From: Planococcus sp. (in: firmicutes)
GTDB lineage: Bacteria > Bacillota > Bacilli > Bacillales_A > Planococcaceae
Length of the DNA stretch: 64,000 nucleotides
Reading direction: 5' to 3'
NCBI GenBank assembly: GCA_035468565.1
Contig: DATISS010000181.1
Location: forward strand, 8,027-72,026
This document shows, piece by piece, positions 1 through 10,154 of the stretch (position 1 is the first letter of the stretch; each line of letters starts with the position of its first letter). A model generated the notes under the pieces. It was given only the letters and a program-made list of their open reading frames with translations, did no database searches and was not told the origin of the DNA. The translations under genes were made by a program, and so were the position numbers.

Positions 1-5
1 AAGCG

Positions 6-257
6 ATGCAGAAAGAATGGGATTTGGAAAGTTTTTACGCCAGTTTTTTGAAACTTCAGCAAAGCAATGTTGAAATCTTCAAAGACATTTTCCATAAACA
101 GTCGGAAGAAGCGGCGCGCCAGGCACGTGGCATGGAGGACGCGGAAGAGCTCGAAGAGGTATTGCTGATTGCATCGCTCGTCCATACGAGCAACCTTTAC
201 CGCCGGGCGGCAGAAAAAATGGTCGATGAATTGGCTGAGCGGAAGAAACAGAAATGA
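6..257 (+). CDS. Hypothetical helical protein, possibly 5'-truncated by the window edge
   Basis: 83-aa ORF whose stop overlaps the next start (ATGA at 254-257); no in-frame stop upstream inside the window. Confidence 0.55.
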   Translation: MQKEWDLESFYASFLKLQQSNVEIFKDIFHKQSEEAARQARGMEDAEELEEVLLIASLVHTSNLYRRAAEKMVDELAERKKQK

Positions 258-700
258 CGAAAGTGCTGATTGATGCCGACGGATGCCCGGTAGTAGATTT
301 GACGATAGCGGCAGCGAAGCGCTTCGGGCTTCCGGTTTTGCTGATTTGTGACACTGCGCATATCATGCAGCGGGAAGGCGCAGAAACGGTTACTGTTTCA
401 AAAGGTGCTGATGCCGTAGACTTTGTTTTGGTCAATAAAGTCGACAAAGGGGATATCGTCGTGACGCAGGATTACGGCTTAGCTGCAATGGTGCTCGCAA
501 AAAGAGGAATGCCAATCGACCAGAACGGCCGTGTCTATTCAGATGAAAATATAGACCAGCTTCTTCATGGCCGCCATATAGCAAAAAAAATCCGGCAGAG
601 TGGCGGGCGAATGAAAGGCCCTAAAAAGCGCCGCCAGGAACATAATGATGATTTTGAAAACGCCCTGGTCCGGCTGCTCGGACAAACGGCTGGAGAATGA
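254..700 (+). CDS. YaiI/YqxD (UPF0178) family protein
   Basis: N-terminal IDADGCPV, plus DAVDF and VVTQDYGLA motifs typical of the family. Confidence 0.9.
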   Translation: MTKVLIDADGCPVVDLTIAAAKRFGLPVLLICDTAHIMQREGAETVTVSKGADAVDFVLVNKVDKGDIVVTQDYGLAAMVLAKRGMPIDQNGRVYSDENIDQLLHGRHIAKKIRQSGGRMKGPKKRRQEHNDDFENALVRLLGQTAGE

Positions 701-748
701 CAAAAGCGGACACGGCGTAGGATGCGCCGTGTCCGCTTTTTAAATGAA

Positions 749-1855
749 CTAGATGGTCCAACGATTATTGACGATGGCGATCAAGTGCCATTCGCCGCTG
801 CTGTCCTTGGCAAAGACCATATTGAGGTTCTGCCAATCCATGAAGTCATATTGCTGGGTGCCCGGGTAGTAGAACTCGACGATGGTCGCCGCCGGGAAAC
901 GCTCATGGATCTGTTCCATCGTCATCGGCTGTTCGGTGATGCCATAGCGGTCTTTTGTATTATAGACGGCGTCCATCAAATACTCATCGTAATACTGCGC
1001 AGGAGTCAATTCAATCGGTAATCCGCTTCCGTCCTGGTAACCCCACAAATACTCTTTGCTATCTTCCATAAAATTCGCGGTTTCGGCTTTCGTGAAGGAT
1101 ACGCCGCTGTCGTCGCCCATGCAGCCGCCGCTGTAAGGGCAGAAAACGATGCCTTCATCTGAGCTGACATAATCGGACACACTTTCGAAGTCTTTAGCTT
1201 TTAAATCCGCCAGAATATCATTGGCGTCATTCAGCAATTCACGTTTTTCAGGAATGAAAGACGGTTCAATCGTACGCGCCAGAAATGCGGCAAAGTGGAC
1301 ACGGCTGACGTTTAAACCAGGCTTGAAGGTATTATCCGGATAGCCTCTCGCTACACCTGCGTATGCTAGGCGCGAAATCGCGTCAAAATAATACTGGTCC
1401 GGATTGACATCCGAAAAAGTATTATCCGGAGCATCGGCAAAGTAGAAAGCTCGGTCTAAAATCACGGCTGTTTGGCCGCGCGTCACTGGAGCTAGCGGTT
1501 TGAAGGTCTTGTCTGCATAACCTAGGACAATGCCCTCAGCAGCTGCGGAAGCGATGTAGCCGGAAGCGAAACTCGATGGGCTGACATCCGAGAACGGGGT
1601 GGCTCTCTTGGTGCCATCGAGCTTCAGTGCGCGGCCGACCATCGTGACGGCTTCAGCGCGGGTGACAGGATTATTGGGGCGGAATGTGCCATCCGGATAG
1701 CCGGAGATGATCCCCAATTCATGCAGATAGATGACTTCGAACGCAAATGGATCGGTAGCGAAAAAGTCGTCGAATGTTACAACCGCTTTGGCAGGAACCG
1801 TAAAAACACTGAATGCAAGGATGAGAGCCGCTACAATAGACAGAATGCTTTTCAT
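749..1855 (-). CDS. Secreted S-layer homology (3x SLH) protein with an uncharacterised C-terminal domain
   Basis: Signal peptide MKSILSIVAALILAF..AKA; three SLH repeats (GYPDGTFRP..VTRAE, GYADKTFKP..VTRGQ, GYPDNTFKP..VSRVH); start moved to ATG 1855 behind a GGAGGG RBS. Confidence 0.88.
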   Translation of the reverse strand: MKSILSIVAALILAFSVFTVPAKAVVTFDDFFATDPFAFEVIYLHELGIISGYPDGTFRPNNPVTRAEAVTMVGRALKLDGTKRATPFSDVSPSSFASGYIASAAAEGIVLGYADKTFKPLAPVTRGQTAVILDRAFYFADAPDNTFSDVNPDQYYFDAISRLAYAGVARGYPDNTFKPGLNVSRVHFAAFLARTIEPSFIPEKRELLNDANDILADLKAKDFESVSDYVSSDEGIVFCPYSGGCMGDDSGVSFTKAETANFMEDSKEYLWGYQDGSGLPIELTPAQYYDEYLMDAVYNTKDRYGITEQPMTMEQIHERFPAATIVEFYYPGTQQYDFMDWQNLNMVFAKDSSGEWHLIAIVNNRWTI

Positions 1856-2066
1856 GAAAATCCCTCCCTTATTTAAGAAAATTGTATCATAAAAAATGAA
1901 AAAATATAACAATAAACTGTATTTTCTGATAACTTATTAATCATTTGTTCACAAATTTGAGGAGAAATATACCGAAATGCTGGATTGATACAAAAGAGGG
2001 CGTCAGTTCGATGATGGTTGCTTCCAGGTGGACACTGGATAAAAAACGGACAGGCAATAGCCGGAA

Positions 2067-2927
2067 TCAGCTTTTACCTGTCAGCCGGTGCTGCGCATAT
2101 GCGAGCGCTTTTTCGGGATAATCGGTCTGGATCATATTGATGCCGCGGTCTAAGAGCCAGCCCCACCCACGCTCAGGGTCTATCAGTGACAATGCATCGT
2201 TATGGCCGGCATTCTCGCCGTCATCCAGCGAATTGACCCATAGATTTGCGTGGTTTCTCATTTTTGACAGGACAGGTTCAGAAAGCACCCGGTCCGACTC
2301 TTTGTGGAAAAGGATTTCGATGGCTACGGGTGGAAAGCGTTCGCATAGCTCCTCCAGCTGATCCAGGTTTTCGTCGGTGATGATGTGCATATAATGCACC
2401 GCTTTTTCACGGGAATGGAAAAATTCAAGGACTTCATCGACAGGCTGCCTGCTCTTAAGGAGCACATGGTCAAAAGCATCCGTCTTTTCGAGCGCTTCGT
2501 AAAGCTCATAGCGGTCATCCCAAGATTTGTCCGCGTTGATCATCGCTTTGTCTTTCACGAGCGACAGCACTTCATAGATGGTCGGGATGCGATAGTCGGT
2601 GAGCGCGGCATGCTTGCCGCCGACCCCTTCTTTCAAACGCAAGCGGCGGGCTTCAGCTAAAGTGAAGTCCGTGATCTTGCCAGTGCCGTCTGTTGTGCGA
2701 TCGACGGTGTCGTCATGCAAAATGACCAAATGCCCGTCTTTCGTCTGCTGCAGATCCATTTCAATCAAGTAAACATGTTGCTGGATGCAATTGTAGAAGG
2801 CAGGCAATGAATTCTCTGGAGCTTTTCCCCACAGTCCGCGGTGGGCAGCCGCAAAGAAAGGGTGTTTTTTCTGGTGAAGCGCATAAAGAAATTGATTGTA
2901 ATCGGCAAATCTCAGTGACTCGCTCAC
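2067..2927 (-). CDS. Glycerophosphodiester phosphodiesterase family protein
   Basis: AHRG, PENS, IEMDLQQTKDG, ILHD..DRTT and IQTDYP motifs. Confidence 0.9.
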   Translation of the reverse strand: MSESLRFADYNQFLYALHQKKHPFFAAAHRGLWGKAPENSLPAFYNCIQQHVYLIEMDLQQTKDGHLVILHDDTVDRTTDGTGKITDFTLAEARRLRLKEGVGGKHAALTDYRIPTIYEVLSLVKDKAMINADKSWDDRYELYEALEKTDAFDHVLLKSRQPVDEVLEFFHSREKAVHYMHIITDENLDQLEELCERFPPVAIEILFHKESDRVLSEPVLSKMRNHANLWVNSLDDGENAGHNDALSLIDPERGWGWLLDRGINMIQTDYPEKALAYAQHRLTGKS

Positions 2928-3098
2928 GCATTTCCCCTCCTTTGTTCTAGTTAAAATTAGTATACTCCCTGCTGGCTTTCAAGTCCGCTTCATGTGCCCG
3001 GCAAAAAAAATTCTTCTGTAAAATAGTTAAAAAGTTGTTTTAAGGGTATACAAAAAAAGAAGAAACGTTATTCAGCATTCTATTTGGAGGGATTTATT

Positions 3099-3380
3099 AT
3101 GAGAAAATCGACATTGAACTCAGTTATTGGAAGCGCGCTTGCGGCCGGAGCCGGCATTTTCGCTTTTAGAGCAATTCAGGAACGAAACAAATTGAATGTA
3201 CCGAAAGACATTGATATGAGAAACAGTTCGGAAGTGGATAAACGCGAAAGCGTCATTGCCGATACAGACCCGGCTGAAAAAGGGCTTTCACAATTAGATT
3301 CTGCGTACCGCGAGGAATGGCAAGCAAACGCCTTCCCCCAGACTCACCGTGAAATGAAAGAATTAGAAGAAGATAAATGA
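3099..3380 (+). CDS. Small hypothetical protein with an N-terminal hydrophobic segment
   Basis: GGAGGG RBS before ATG 3099; followed by a terminator. Confidence 0.75.
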   Translation: MRKSTLNSVIGSALAAGAGIFAFRAIQERNKLNVPKDIDMRNSSEVDKRESVIADTDPAEKGLSQLDSAYREEWQANAFPQTHREMKELEEDK

Positions 3381-3387
3381 CAATGCA

Positions 3388-3425
3388 AGAGCGAAAGCGG
3401 AAACGTATTGCTTTCGCTCTTTTTT
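3388..3425 (+). terminator. Rho-independent terminator
   Basis: AGAGCGAAAGC / GCTTTCGCTCT stem followed by a T run. Confidence 0.75.
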
Positions 3426-3538
3426 ATGGTGGTTTTTAATCATTTGCCGAAGCCGCAGCAATGCAAATATGTGAAAGAAAGTATATCTACTGATCCGCTG
3501 TACTGCGGAAGAATAATTGCTAGAGAGGAACAGAAAGC

Positions 3539-4639
3539 ATGTGGATTAAGAAACCTTTTTTTGAATATGCTACCGGCACCTTGCTGGTGGTTGTCATCCT
3601 TTTTTTCCTTGGGAAAATCGACTACGCTCTTTGGCCATTCCAAGTGGTGCTTACCACTATTTTTGCCCCGATTCTGATCGCTGGGCTGCTGTATTACTTG
3701 ATCCGCCCTTTTTTGCATTTATTGATGCGTTTTATCCCTAAAATTGCAGCTATTATTGCAGTTTTTTCTTTATTCATTTTAATGGCTTCGGCCATCTTGT
3801 ATTTTTTCGGCCCGACCATCAAGGAACAAGTGGCAAGCCTGGCGGAGCTCGCGCCGAAAACGGTTGAGGAGATGACGGAGGAATCCGACAACGCGGTATC
3901 CAGTTTTGAGTTTGCGGGTTTAAAAGGTGATGAACTGAAAAGCAACTTGCTCGGATATGCTGAAAAGTATTCCGATAATTTAATGAAGAATGCCATGGAT
4001 GTCTTAGCCATGTTGATGAATGCCGCGGTTGTTCTGATTGTGGTGCCATTCATCTTATTCTTTCTGCTGAAAGACGATGACAAGCTTGTGCCGCATTTGA
4101 TGAAATATGTGTCAGAAGACCACAAGCTGGAAGGGCGCAAAGTTTTGAAAGACATGGACGAAACTTTGTCGAATTACATTGTGAGCCAGGCGATTGTCGC
4201 AGGAGCGGTTGGCGTGCTGATGTTTATCGGTTACTTGATCATCGGGCTGGATTATGCGCTGCTGTTGGCGATTTTTGCGATGTTCTTGACGATTGTCCCG
4301 TTTCTGGGGCCGATCATCGGAGTGGTGCCGGCGCTTTTTGTCGCATTAATGAGCGGCGATCCGCTGATCAGCGCATTCAAAGTGATTTTGGTCCTGCTGG
4401 CGGTGCAGCAGATTGAAGGGAATTTGATCACGCCGAATATCATGGGCAGCCGGCTGAACATCCATCCGCTGACCATCATTCTGTTGTTGCTGATTGCCGC
4501 GGCGCTCTATGGCTTGATCGGCATTCTCATAGCGATTCCGCTGTACGCCGTTTTGAAAACGCTTGTCCATAATTTCCGCCTGTTCAACCGTTTACGCAGA
4601 AAGCGAGTAATTTCGCAGAAGGCGGCGGGACACGAGTAG
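3539..4639 (+). CDS. AI-2E family (PerM-like) transporter
   Basis: Multi-TM protein with PFLGP, QQIEGNLITP and LNIHPLTII motifs. Confidence 0.9.
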   Translation: MWIKKPFFEYATGTLLVVVILFFLGKIDYALWPFQVVLTTIFAPILIAGLLYYLIRPFLHLLMRFIPKIAAIIAVFSLFILMASAILYFFGPTIKEQVASLAELAPKTVEEMTEESDNAVSSFEFAGLKGDELKSNLLGYAEKYSDNLMKNAMDVLAMLMNAAVVLIVVPFILFFLLKDDDKLVPHLMKYVSEDHKLEGRKVLKDMDETLSNYIVSQAIVAGAVGVLMFIGYLIIGLDYALLLAIFAMFLTIVPFLGPIIGVVPALFVALMSGDPLISAFKVILVLLAVQQIEGNLITPNIMGSRLNIHPLTIILLLLIAAALYGLIGILIAIPLYAVLKTLVHNFRLFNRLRRKRVISQKAAGHE

Positions 4640-4747
4640 TCAGAGAAATAGCGCTGTTTAATTTCTTTGGAAGGTTCTGATAAGAAAGACTTTATGATAT
4701 ACTACAACTAGTATTTTAATAAAAGAAACAAAGGGGGCGCCAACAAC

Positions 4748-5533
4748 ATGAAGAAATTCAGTTTATTGCTAGTTCTTCTGGCAGCAATGCTTGTTATCAC
4801 GGCATGCGGTTCAGATGATTCATCGGACAGCTCAGGCGGTGGGGAAGGTTCTAGTGAAGAAAAGACTTATAAAGTGGGAATCGATACAACATATCCACCT
4901 TTTGAATTTGAAGAAGGCGGAGAATACACAGGGATCGACATCGATTTGATCAATGCCATCGCGGAAAGCCAAGGATTTGCAATCGAGTTCAATCCGATGG
5001 ACTTCGGCGGCATCATTCCGGCTCTTCAAGCGAACCAATTGGATGTGGCGATTGCAGGCATGAGCATCACGGACGAGCGCAAAAAAGTGGTGGATTTCTC
5101 GGATCCGTACTTTGATGCAGGCTTGTCATTGGTAGTCAGCAATGACAATAATGACATTACGTCGTTGGAAGATTTAGAAGGCAAGACGGTAGCAGTGAAG
5201 AGCGGGACGACAGGCTCTAAATTCGCTATGGACAATGAATCGAAATATGGCTATACCGTTTCACAATTCGAAGATAGCCCATCGATGTTCCAAGAAGTTT
5301 CAAACGGCAATGCCGATGTGCTTCTTGAAGATTACCCGGTTATTGCTTATGCAATTGCTGAAAGCGGCTTGGACCTTAAGACTGCCGGCGAACGTTTGAC
5401 AGGCGATCAATACGGCATCGCTGTATTGAAAGGCGAAAACGCTGATTTGCTTGAAAAGATCAATACAGGCCTTCAAGAACTTCGCGACAGCGGAGAATAC
5501 GATGAAATCCTCAATAAATATATCGCCGAATAA
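4748..5533 (+). CDS. Polar amino-acid ABC transporter substrate-binding lipoprotein (GlnH-like)
   Basis: Lipobox ITAC; DTTYPPFEF, GIDIDL, AGMSITDERKKVVDFSDPY motifs. Confidence 0.92.
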   Translation: MKKFSLLLVLLAAMLVITACGSDDSSDSSGGGEGSSEEKTYKVGIDTTYPPFEFEEGGEYTGIDIDLINAIAESQGFAIEFNPMDFGGIIPALQANQLDVAIAGMSITDERKKVVDFSDPYFDAGLSLVVSNDNNDITSLEDLEGKTVAVKSGTTGSKFAMDNESKYGYTVSQFEDSPSMFQEVSNGNADVLLEDYPVIAYAIAESGLDLKTAGERLTGDQYGIAVLKGENADLLEKINTGLQELRDSGEYDEILNKYIAE

Positions 5534-5681
5534 CGGACTTACATGTGGCGCGCAGCAGCGCGCTGCATTTTTTTCCGGTTTTAATGGCTTGGCCGCCAAA
5601 AATCGATTGGATTAGCTGGAAATCCGTAGAGGCAAGTCCTTCGCCGGTTAAAGTTGCTCTGTATGCAAAGGAGACGTGAAA

Positions 5682-6326
5682 ATGGATACGATTATGAATG
5701 CCTTGCCCTATTTGATGGAAGGGTTGCAAGTTACGCTGTATATTTTCCTAATTGCAATCGTTCTTGGTTTTATTATTGGATTGATCGTGGCGCTGCTTCG
5801 TTTGGCCCCGTTCAAAATCCTGAACTGGATTGCGAAATTCTTCGTTGATGCGATACGCGGAACACCGTTTATCGTCCAGTTATTCTTCATCTATTTCGGA
5901 CTCAATTCACTCGGCTTTTTCTCGATGGACAATACAACGGCAGGGATCGTGACAGTGGCTATCAACGCCGGTGCTTATTTCTCGGAGATTATCCGTGCCG
6001 GCATCCAGTCTATTGACAGAGGGCAGACGGAAGCTGCGCGCTCGCTCGGCTTGAATGCCACTCAAAATATGCGTTACATCATCTTGCCGCAGGCTTTCCG
6101 CCGGATGCTGCCGACCATCACCAACCAGGCCATCATTTCATTAAAGGATACCTCGCTGCTGTCAGTCATCGGCATCGCTGATTTGACGCAGGAAGGACGC
6201 ATTCAAGCCAGCCAGACTTTTGAAGCCTTTACAATTTACTTGACCCTTGGAGTCATTTACTTCATTGTCATTTACTTGCTCTCAATGTTGGCGAGCTTTG
6301 TAGAAAGGAAGTTTGTATTGCGATGA
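5682..6326 (+). CDS. Polar amino-acid ABC transporter permease
   Basis: [10 protein letters not shown] and EAA loop ([10 protein letters not shown]); RBS AAGGAG before ATG 5682. Confidence 0.92.
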   Translation: MDTIMNALPYLMEGLQVTLYIFLIAIVLGFIIGLIVALLRLAPFKILNWIAKFFVDAIRGTPFIVQLFFIYFGLNSLGFFSMDNTTAGIVTVAINAGAYFSEIIRAGIQSIDRGQTEAARSLGLNATQNMRYIILPQAFRRMLPTITNQAIISLKDTSLLSVIGIADLTQEGRIQASQTFEAFTIYLTLGVIYFIVIYLLSMLASFVERKFVLR

Positions 6327-7051
6327 CTATGATCAGAGTGGAAAACCTAAAAAAGTCCTTCGGAAAAATTGAAGTGTTGAAAGATATGAGCACCGTGATT
6401 GAAGAAAAAGAAGTGGTCTGCGTCATCGGCCCTTCCGGATCCGGAAAAAGTACATTTCTCCGTTGTTTGAATCGGCTTGAAGAAATTACAGGCGGGCATG
6501 TCTATATTGAAGGAATCGATATTACCGACCCGAAAGTGGACATCAATAAAGTCCGGCAAGATGTAGGCATGGTATTCCAGCAATTCAACTTGTTCCCGCA
6601 TAAGAGCGTGCTGGAAAATATCACGCTCGCACCTATGAAGCTGAAGAAAAACAACAAGAAAGCCGTTACTGAAAAAGCATTCGAGCTGCTTGATAAAGTC
6701 GGTTTAAGGGAAAAAGCAAATGCCTACCCGGGCGAATTGTCAGGCGGCCAAAAGCAGCGCGTTGCGATTGCCCGTGCGCTTGCGATGGACCCGAAAATTA
6801 TGCTGTTTGATGAACCGACATCGGCGCTTGACCCCGAAATGGTCGGCGACGTTCTCGATGTTATGAAGCAGCTGGCTGTTGAAGGGATGACGATGGTCAT
6901 TGTCACGCATGAAATGGGCTTTGCCCGTGAAGTGGGCGACCGCGTCATGTTCATTGACGGCGGCTATATCGTGGAAGAAAATGTGCCGGCAGAATTATTC
7001 GGCAACCCGCAGCACGAACGCACAAAAGCATTCCTGAGCAAAGTATTGTAA
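6323..7051 (+). CDS. Polar amino-acid ABC transporter ATP-binding protein (GlnQ-like)
   Basis: Walker [18 protein letters not shown] signature, Walker [13 protein letters not shown]; ATGA overlap with the permease. Confidence 0.95.
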   Translation: MTMIRVENLKKSFGKIEVLKDMSTVIEEKEVVCVIGPSGSGKSTFLRCLNRLEEITGGHVYIEGIDITDPKVDINKVRQDVGMVFQQFNLFPHKSVLENITLAPMKLKKNNKKAVTEKAFELLDKVGLREKANAYPGELSGGQKQRVAIARALAMDPKIMLFDEPTSALDPEMVGDVLDVMKQLAVEGMTMVIVTHEMGFAREVGDRVMFIDGGYIVEENVPAELFGNPQHERTKAFLSKVL

Positions 7052-7082
7052 AAGCATGCCCTTCCGGGGGCGTGCTTTTTTT
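7051..7082 (+). terminator. Rho-independent terminator
   Basis: AAAGCATGCCC / GGGCGTGCTTT stem plus T run. Confidence 0.75.
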
Positions 7083-7100
7083 ATGGAGAAGAGCGAAAAA

Positions 7101-7184
7101 CGTATCTGAACTGTTGTGGGGCGTATTTCTTCGCCAACAGAGTGTATTTTGCCAGCAATAGAGCGTATAATCTGCCATGATTCA
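7101..7184. repeat. Degenerate 21-bp tandem repeat, 4 units
   Basis: YGTAT recurs at 7101, 7122, 7143 and 7164; units 2 and 3 share YGTATTT..GC.AA.AGAG. Confidence 0.55.
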
Positions 7185-7276
7185 CAAGTATAAATTTCTA
7201 GGTAAATTAATCAAAAAAGTGTCAATAATCAGAAAAATGTGTTAAATTATAAGGGTACATAAAGGTACGATGAGAG

Positions 7277-8092
7277 GTGGAAAAGATGAAAAAACTCAGT
7301 TTTTTACTGCTTTTTTTTACACTGATTCTTATCGTAGGAGCGTGCGCACAGCAGAATGGAGAATCTGAAGGAGAAGGAGGAGAAAGTGAGGGCGAAAGCG
7401 GAAGCGGAAGTGAAGAACAAGGTGTATATACGGTGGGCATCGACACCTCGTTTCCGCCTTTTGAATTCCAAGTTGGCGGGGAATACCAAGGGATTGACAT
7501 TGAACTGATCAAAGCAATTGCAAAAAATCAAGAGTTTGAAATTCAATTCCGCCCAATGGATTTTGTTGGAATCATTCCGGCACTCGAAGAAGGCACCATT
7601 GATTTGGCAATTGCAGGAATGAGCATTTCGGAAGAACGCCAAGAGATTTTGGATTTTTCTGATCCTTATTTCGATGCAGGATTGACGTTGGTAACAGCAC
7701 AGGAAAATCGAGAAATTGAAACATTGGAAGATTTGGATGGAAAAGTCATCGCTGTTAAGAGCGGAACGACCGGGTCGAAATTTGTCACCGAAAACAAAGA
7801 GAAATACGGCTATCGAATCGCTTATTTTGAGGACAGTCCTTCGATGTTCCTGGAATTGGCAAACGGGCATGCAGATGCTTTTGTCGAAGATTACCCTGTG
7901 ATCGCTTACGCAATTGCCAAACGGGACCTTGAACTGAAAACAGTCGGAGACCGTTTGACAGATGAAAAGTATGGCATCGCAGTGTTGAAAGGGGAACATA
8001 GCGAATTACTGGAACAAATCAATGAAGGGCTTCAGCAATTGAAGGAAGACGGCACGTACGAGGAAATTGTGAATAAATACATCAAGAACTAA
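7277..8092 (+). CDS. Second polar amino-acid ABC substrate-binding lipoprotein (paralog of 4748-5533)
   Basis: Lipobox VGAC; DTSFPPFEF, AGMSISEER, DFSDPYFDAGL; collinear with the first SBP. Confidence 0.92.
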   Translation: MEKMKKLSFLLLFFTLILIVGACAQQNGESEGEGGESEGESGSGSEEQGVYTVGIDTSFPPFEFQVGGEYQGIDIELIKAIAKNQEFEIQFRPMDFVGIIPALEEGTIDLAIAGMSISEERQEILDFSDPYFDAGLTLVTAQENREIETLEDLDGKVIAVKSGTTGSKFVTENKEKYGYRIAYFEDSPSMFLELANGHADAFVEDYPVIAYAIAKRDLELKTVGDRLTDEKYGIAVLKGEHSELLEQINEGLQQLKEDGTYEEIVNKYIKN

Positions 8093-8112
8093 GAAAAGTG
8101 GAGAACGATAAA

Positions 8113-8148
8113 AAAACCGGTTTGGATTTATAAATCCAAACCGGTTTT
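8113..8148. terminator. Bidirectional terminator (36-bp perfect palindrome) between convergent genes
   Basis: AAAACCGGTTTGGATTTA-TAAATCCAAACCGGTTTT. Confidence 0.8.
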
Positions 8149-8154
8149 CCTGTT

Positions 8155-8595
8155 TTATTCTTCGTCGAAGACGTGGACTTTCGTCATTTTGTCACCGTTT
8201 TTCATCGCTTTCGCTGTTTCAAGGCCTGAAGTTACTTGGCCGAAAACAGTATGGACGCCGTCCAAATGCGGTTGTGGTGCATGGACGATAAAGAATTGGC
8301 TTGAACCCGTGTCTTTTCCTGCATGCGCCATTGAAAGGCTGCCTGCCTGGTGCTTGCGCGGGTTTCCTTCAGTTTCACATTTGATGTTTTTGCCGCTGCC
8401 GCCTGCGCCAGTTCCAGTAGGGTCTCCGCCTTGGGAAACAAAACCAGGAATTACGCGGTGGAAAGTTACGCCGTTATAAAAACCGGAGTTTGCAAGTTCC
8501 TCAAAGTTTTTAACTGTATTTGGTGCTTCGTTCGGGAAAAGCTCGAATTCGATTACTTCGCCGTTTTCCATGTGGATATGTCCTTTTTTCGTCAT
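8155..8595 (-). CDS. ppiB: Cyclophilin-type peptidyl-prolyl cis-trans isomerase
   Basis: [35 protein letters not shown] and HTVFGQV motifs. Confidence 0.93.
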   Translation of the reverse strand: MTKKGHIHMENGEVIEFELFPNEAPNTVKNFEELANSGFYNGVTFHRVIPGFVSQGGDPTGTGAGGSGKNIKCETEGNPRKHQAGSLSMAHAGKDTGSSQFFIVHAPQPHLDGVHTVFGQVTSGLETAKAMKNGDKMTKVHVFDEE

Positions 8596-8750
8596 TTACA
8601 ACATCTCCTTTTCAATTTGTACATTCCCAAGTATATCGATTTTTTCCCTGTCTGTATAATCATAAGGCTATTTCATTCATTAGTCTGATTGCGTGAAATA
8701 GGGCATAATATGATAGGATATAATTATTGAGCAGATTAGGAGTGTTATAG

Positions 8751-9740
8751 ATGGCAGAACGCGAAGTTTTTGATATTACAATTATCGGAGGCGGTCCGAC
8801 CGGGCTGTTTGCTTCCTTTTACGGCGGCATGCGCAAAATGAAAGTGAAGATCATTGATAGTTTACCTCAGCTTGGCGGGCAGCTAACAGAGCTGTATCCC
8901 GATAAGTTCATCTATGATGTTGGCGGATTTCCGAAAGTGTTGGCGAAAGACCTTGTGGACAGTCTAGTGGTCCAGGCGAATTACGGCGATCCTGCGATCT
9001 GCCTGGAAGAGACGGTTTCCACTGTCGAGCGTCTGGAAGAAGATTATTTTGAAATCTCTACCGATAAAGACGTCCATTACACAAAGGCGGTCTTGCTGAC
9101 TGCCGGAGTCGGAGCTTTCCAGCCGCGCAAGGTGGGCGTGGATGGTTCAGAGCCTTTTGAAGGCAAAACCCTCCATTACGGAGTAAAAGATCTGACGTTA
9201 TTCAGCGGCAAGAAAGTGGTCGTCCTGGGCGGCGGCGATTCTGCGGTCGACTGGGCAATGATGCTGGAAGATGTAGCGGCACACGTCACATTAAGCCACC
9301 GACGGGAAAAAATGACGGCCCATGAAGCGAACATCGACACATTGCTCGCTTCTAAAGTGGAAGTCAAAAAACCCTATGGCGTAAAAGAACTAGTTGGCGA
9401 AAATGGCCAGCTCCGTAAACTTGTCCTCGTCGACAAAGAAGGCAACGAAGAGCATATCGAAGCCGATCACGTCATCGTCAACTACGGCAATATCACTTCC
9501 CTCGGTCCGATCAAAGAATGGGGCTTGGAGATGGAGAAAAACTCCGTAGTAGTAAATTCGAAAATGGAAACGAGCATTCCGGGGATTTACGCAGCCGGGG
9601 ATATTGCCACGTATGAAGGCAAAGTAAAATTGATCGCTGTAGGGTTCGGAGAAGCGCCGACAGCCATCAACAACGCGAAAGCCTTTCTTGATCCAAAATC
9701 GAAAATCCAGCCGCTTCACAGCACAAGCGTATTTAAATAA
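8751..9740 (+). CDS. yumC: Ferredoxin--NADP+ reductase (YumC/TrxB-like)
   Basis: [28 protein letters not shown] and GIYAAGD motifs; no CxxC. Confidence 0.88.
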   Translation: MAEREVFDITIIGGGPTGLFASFYGGMRKMKVKIIDSLPQLGGQLTELYPDKFIYDVGGFPKVLAKDLVDSLVVQANYGDPAICLEETVSTVERLEEDYFEISTDKDVHYTKAVLLTAGVGAFQPRKVGVDGSEPFEGKTLHYGVKDLTLFSGKKVVVLGGGDSAVDWAMMLEDVAAHVTLSHRREKMTAHEANIDTLLASKVEVKKPYGVKELVGENGQLRKLVLVDKEGNEEHIEADHVIVNYGNITSLGPIKEWGLEMEKNSVVVNSKMETSIPGIYAAGDIATYEGKVKLIAVGFGEAPTAINNAKAFLDPKSKIQPLHSTSVFK

Positions 9741-9776
9741 AAAAAGATTCGGCCATTGCGGCTGATTCTTTTTTTT
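9741..9776 (+). terminator. Rho-independent terminator
   Basis: Imperfect stem AGATTCGGCC / GGCTGATTCT plus T8. Confidence 0.65.
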
Positions 9777-10054
9777 ATGTCCGTTAGCGTTTTTTGATGA
9801 GTGGATCATTTTGAATCACTTTAAAGAACGAAGCGCCCAACAGTAGAATAATGATTGAGAAGGTCAGCGTTGCAGTAATATGAGTATTCTGCACTCCACC
9901 AAGCCCAATAGAAGATCGTGACCTATCCTCGCCTTTATTTTTTATGTAGAGAACTCGAATATTTATCTCCTCTCTATCTTAATACCCCATAAACTATATT
10001 TTTTCTAAAGTGAATTTTCTGATTCATTACACATTGTAATGTATATCACTTTTA

Positions 10055-10071
10055 CGTAACGTAATTGTTAT
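10055..10071 (+). promoter_or_regulatory. Candidate WalR box upstream of the LysM/3D gene
   Basis: CGTAAC-N5-TGTTAT, one mismatch to TGTWAH-N5-TGTWAH; yocH-type genes are established WalR targets. Confidence 0.4.
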
Positions 10072-10154
10072 TTTATATCCGACGTTCTGTCATCGTTATG
10101 AAATGTGAAGGTGTTATGATGCTATTTGTTAGTGAAAAGGAGGAAATTCATTTT

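Noticed and set aside
1960-2066. Possible small ORF or RBS-like GAGGAG between the SLH and GDPD genes
   Set aside because: The nearest ATG is too far from the RBS and is followed by an immediate stop; the other frame runs antisense into GDPD.
7101-7184. CRISPR array interpretation of the periodic repeats
   Set aside because: The 21-bp period leaves no room for spacers, the units are degenerate, and no cas genes are in the window.
7304-7999. 231-aa antisense ORF over SBP2
   Set aside because: Shadow frame of a well-supported gene; no RBS and no recognisable motifs.
9800-10150. Possible c-di-AMP (ydaO) riboswitch ahead of the LysM/3D gene
   Set aside because: Conserved GCTGAATCC and AGGAACCGGGG-type segments were not found.
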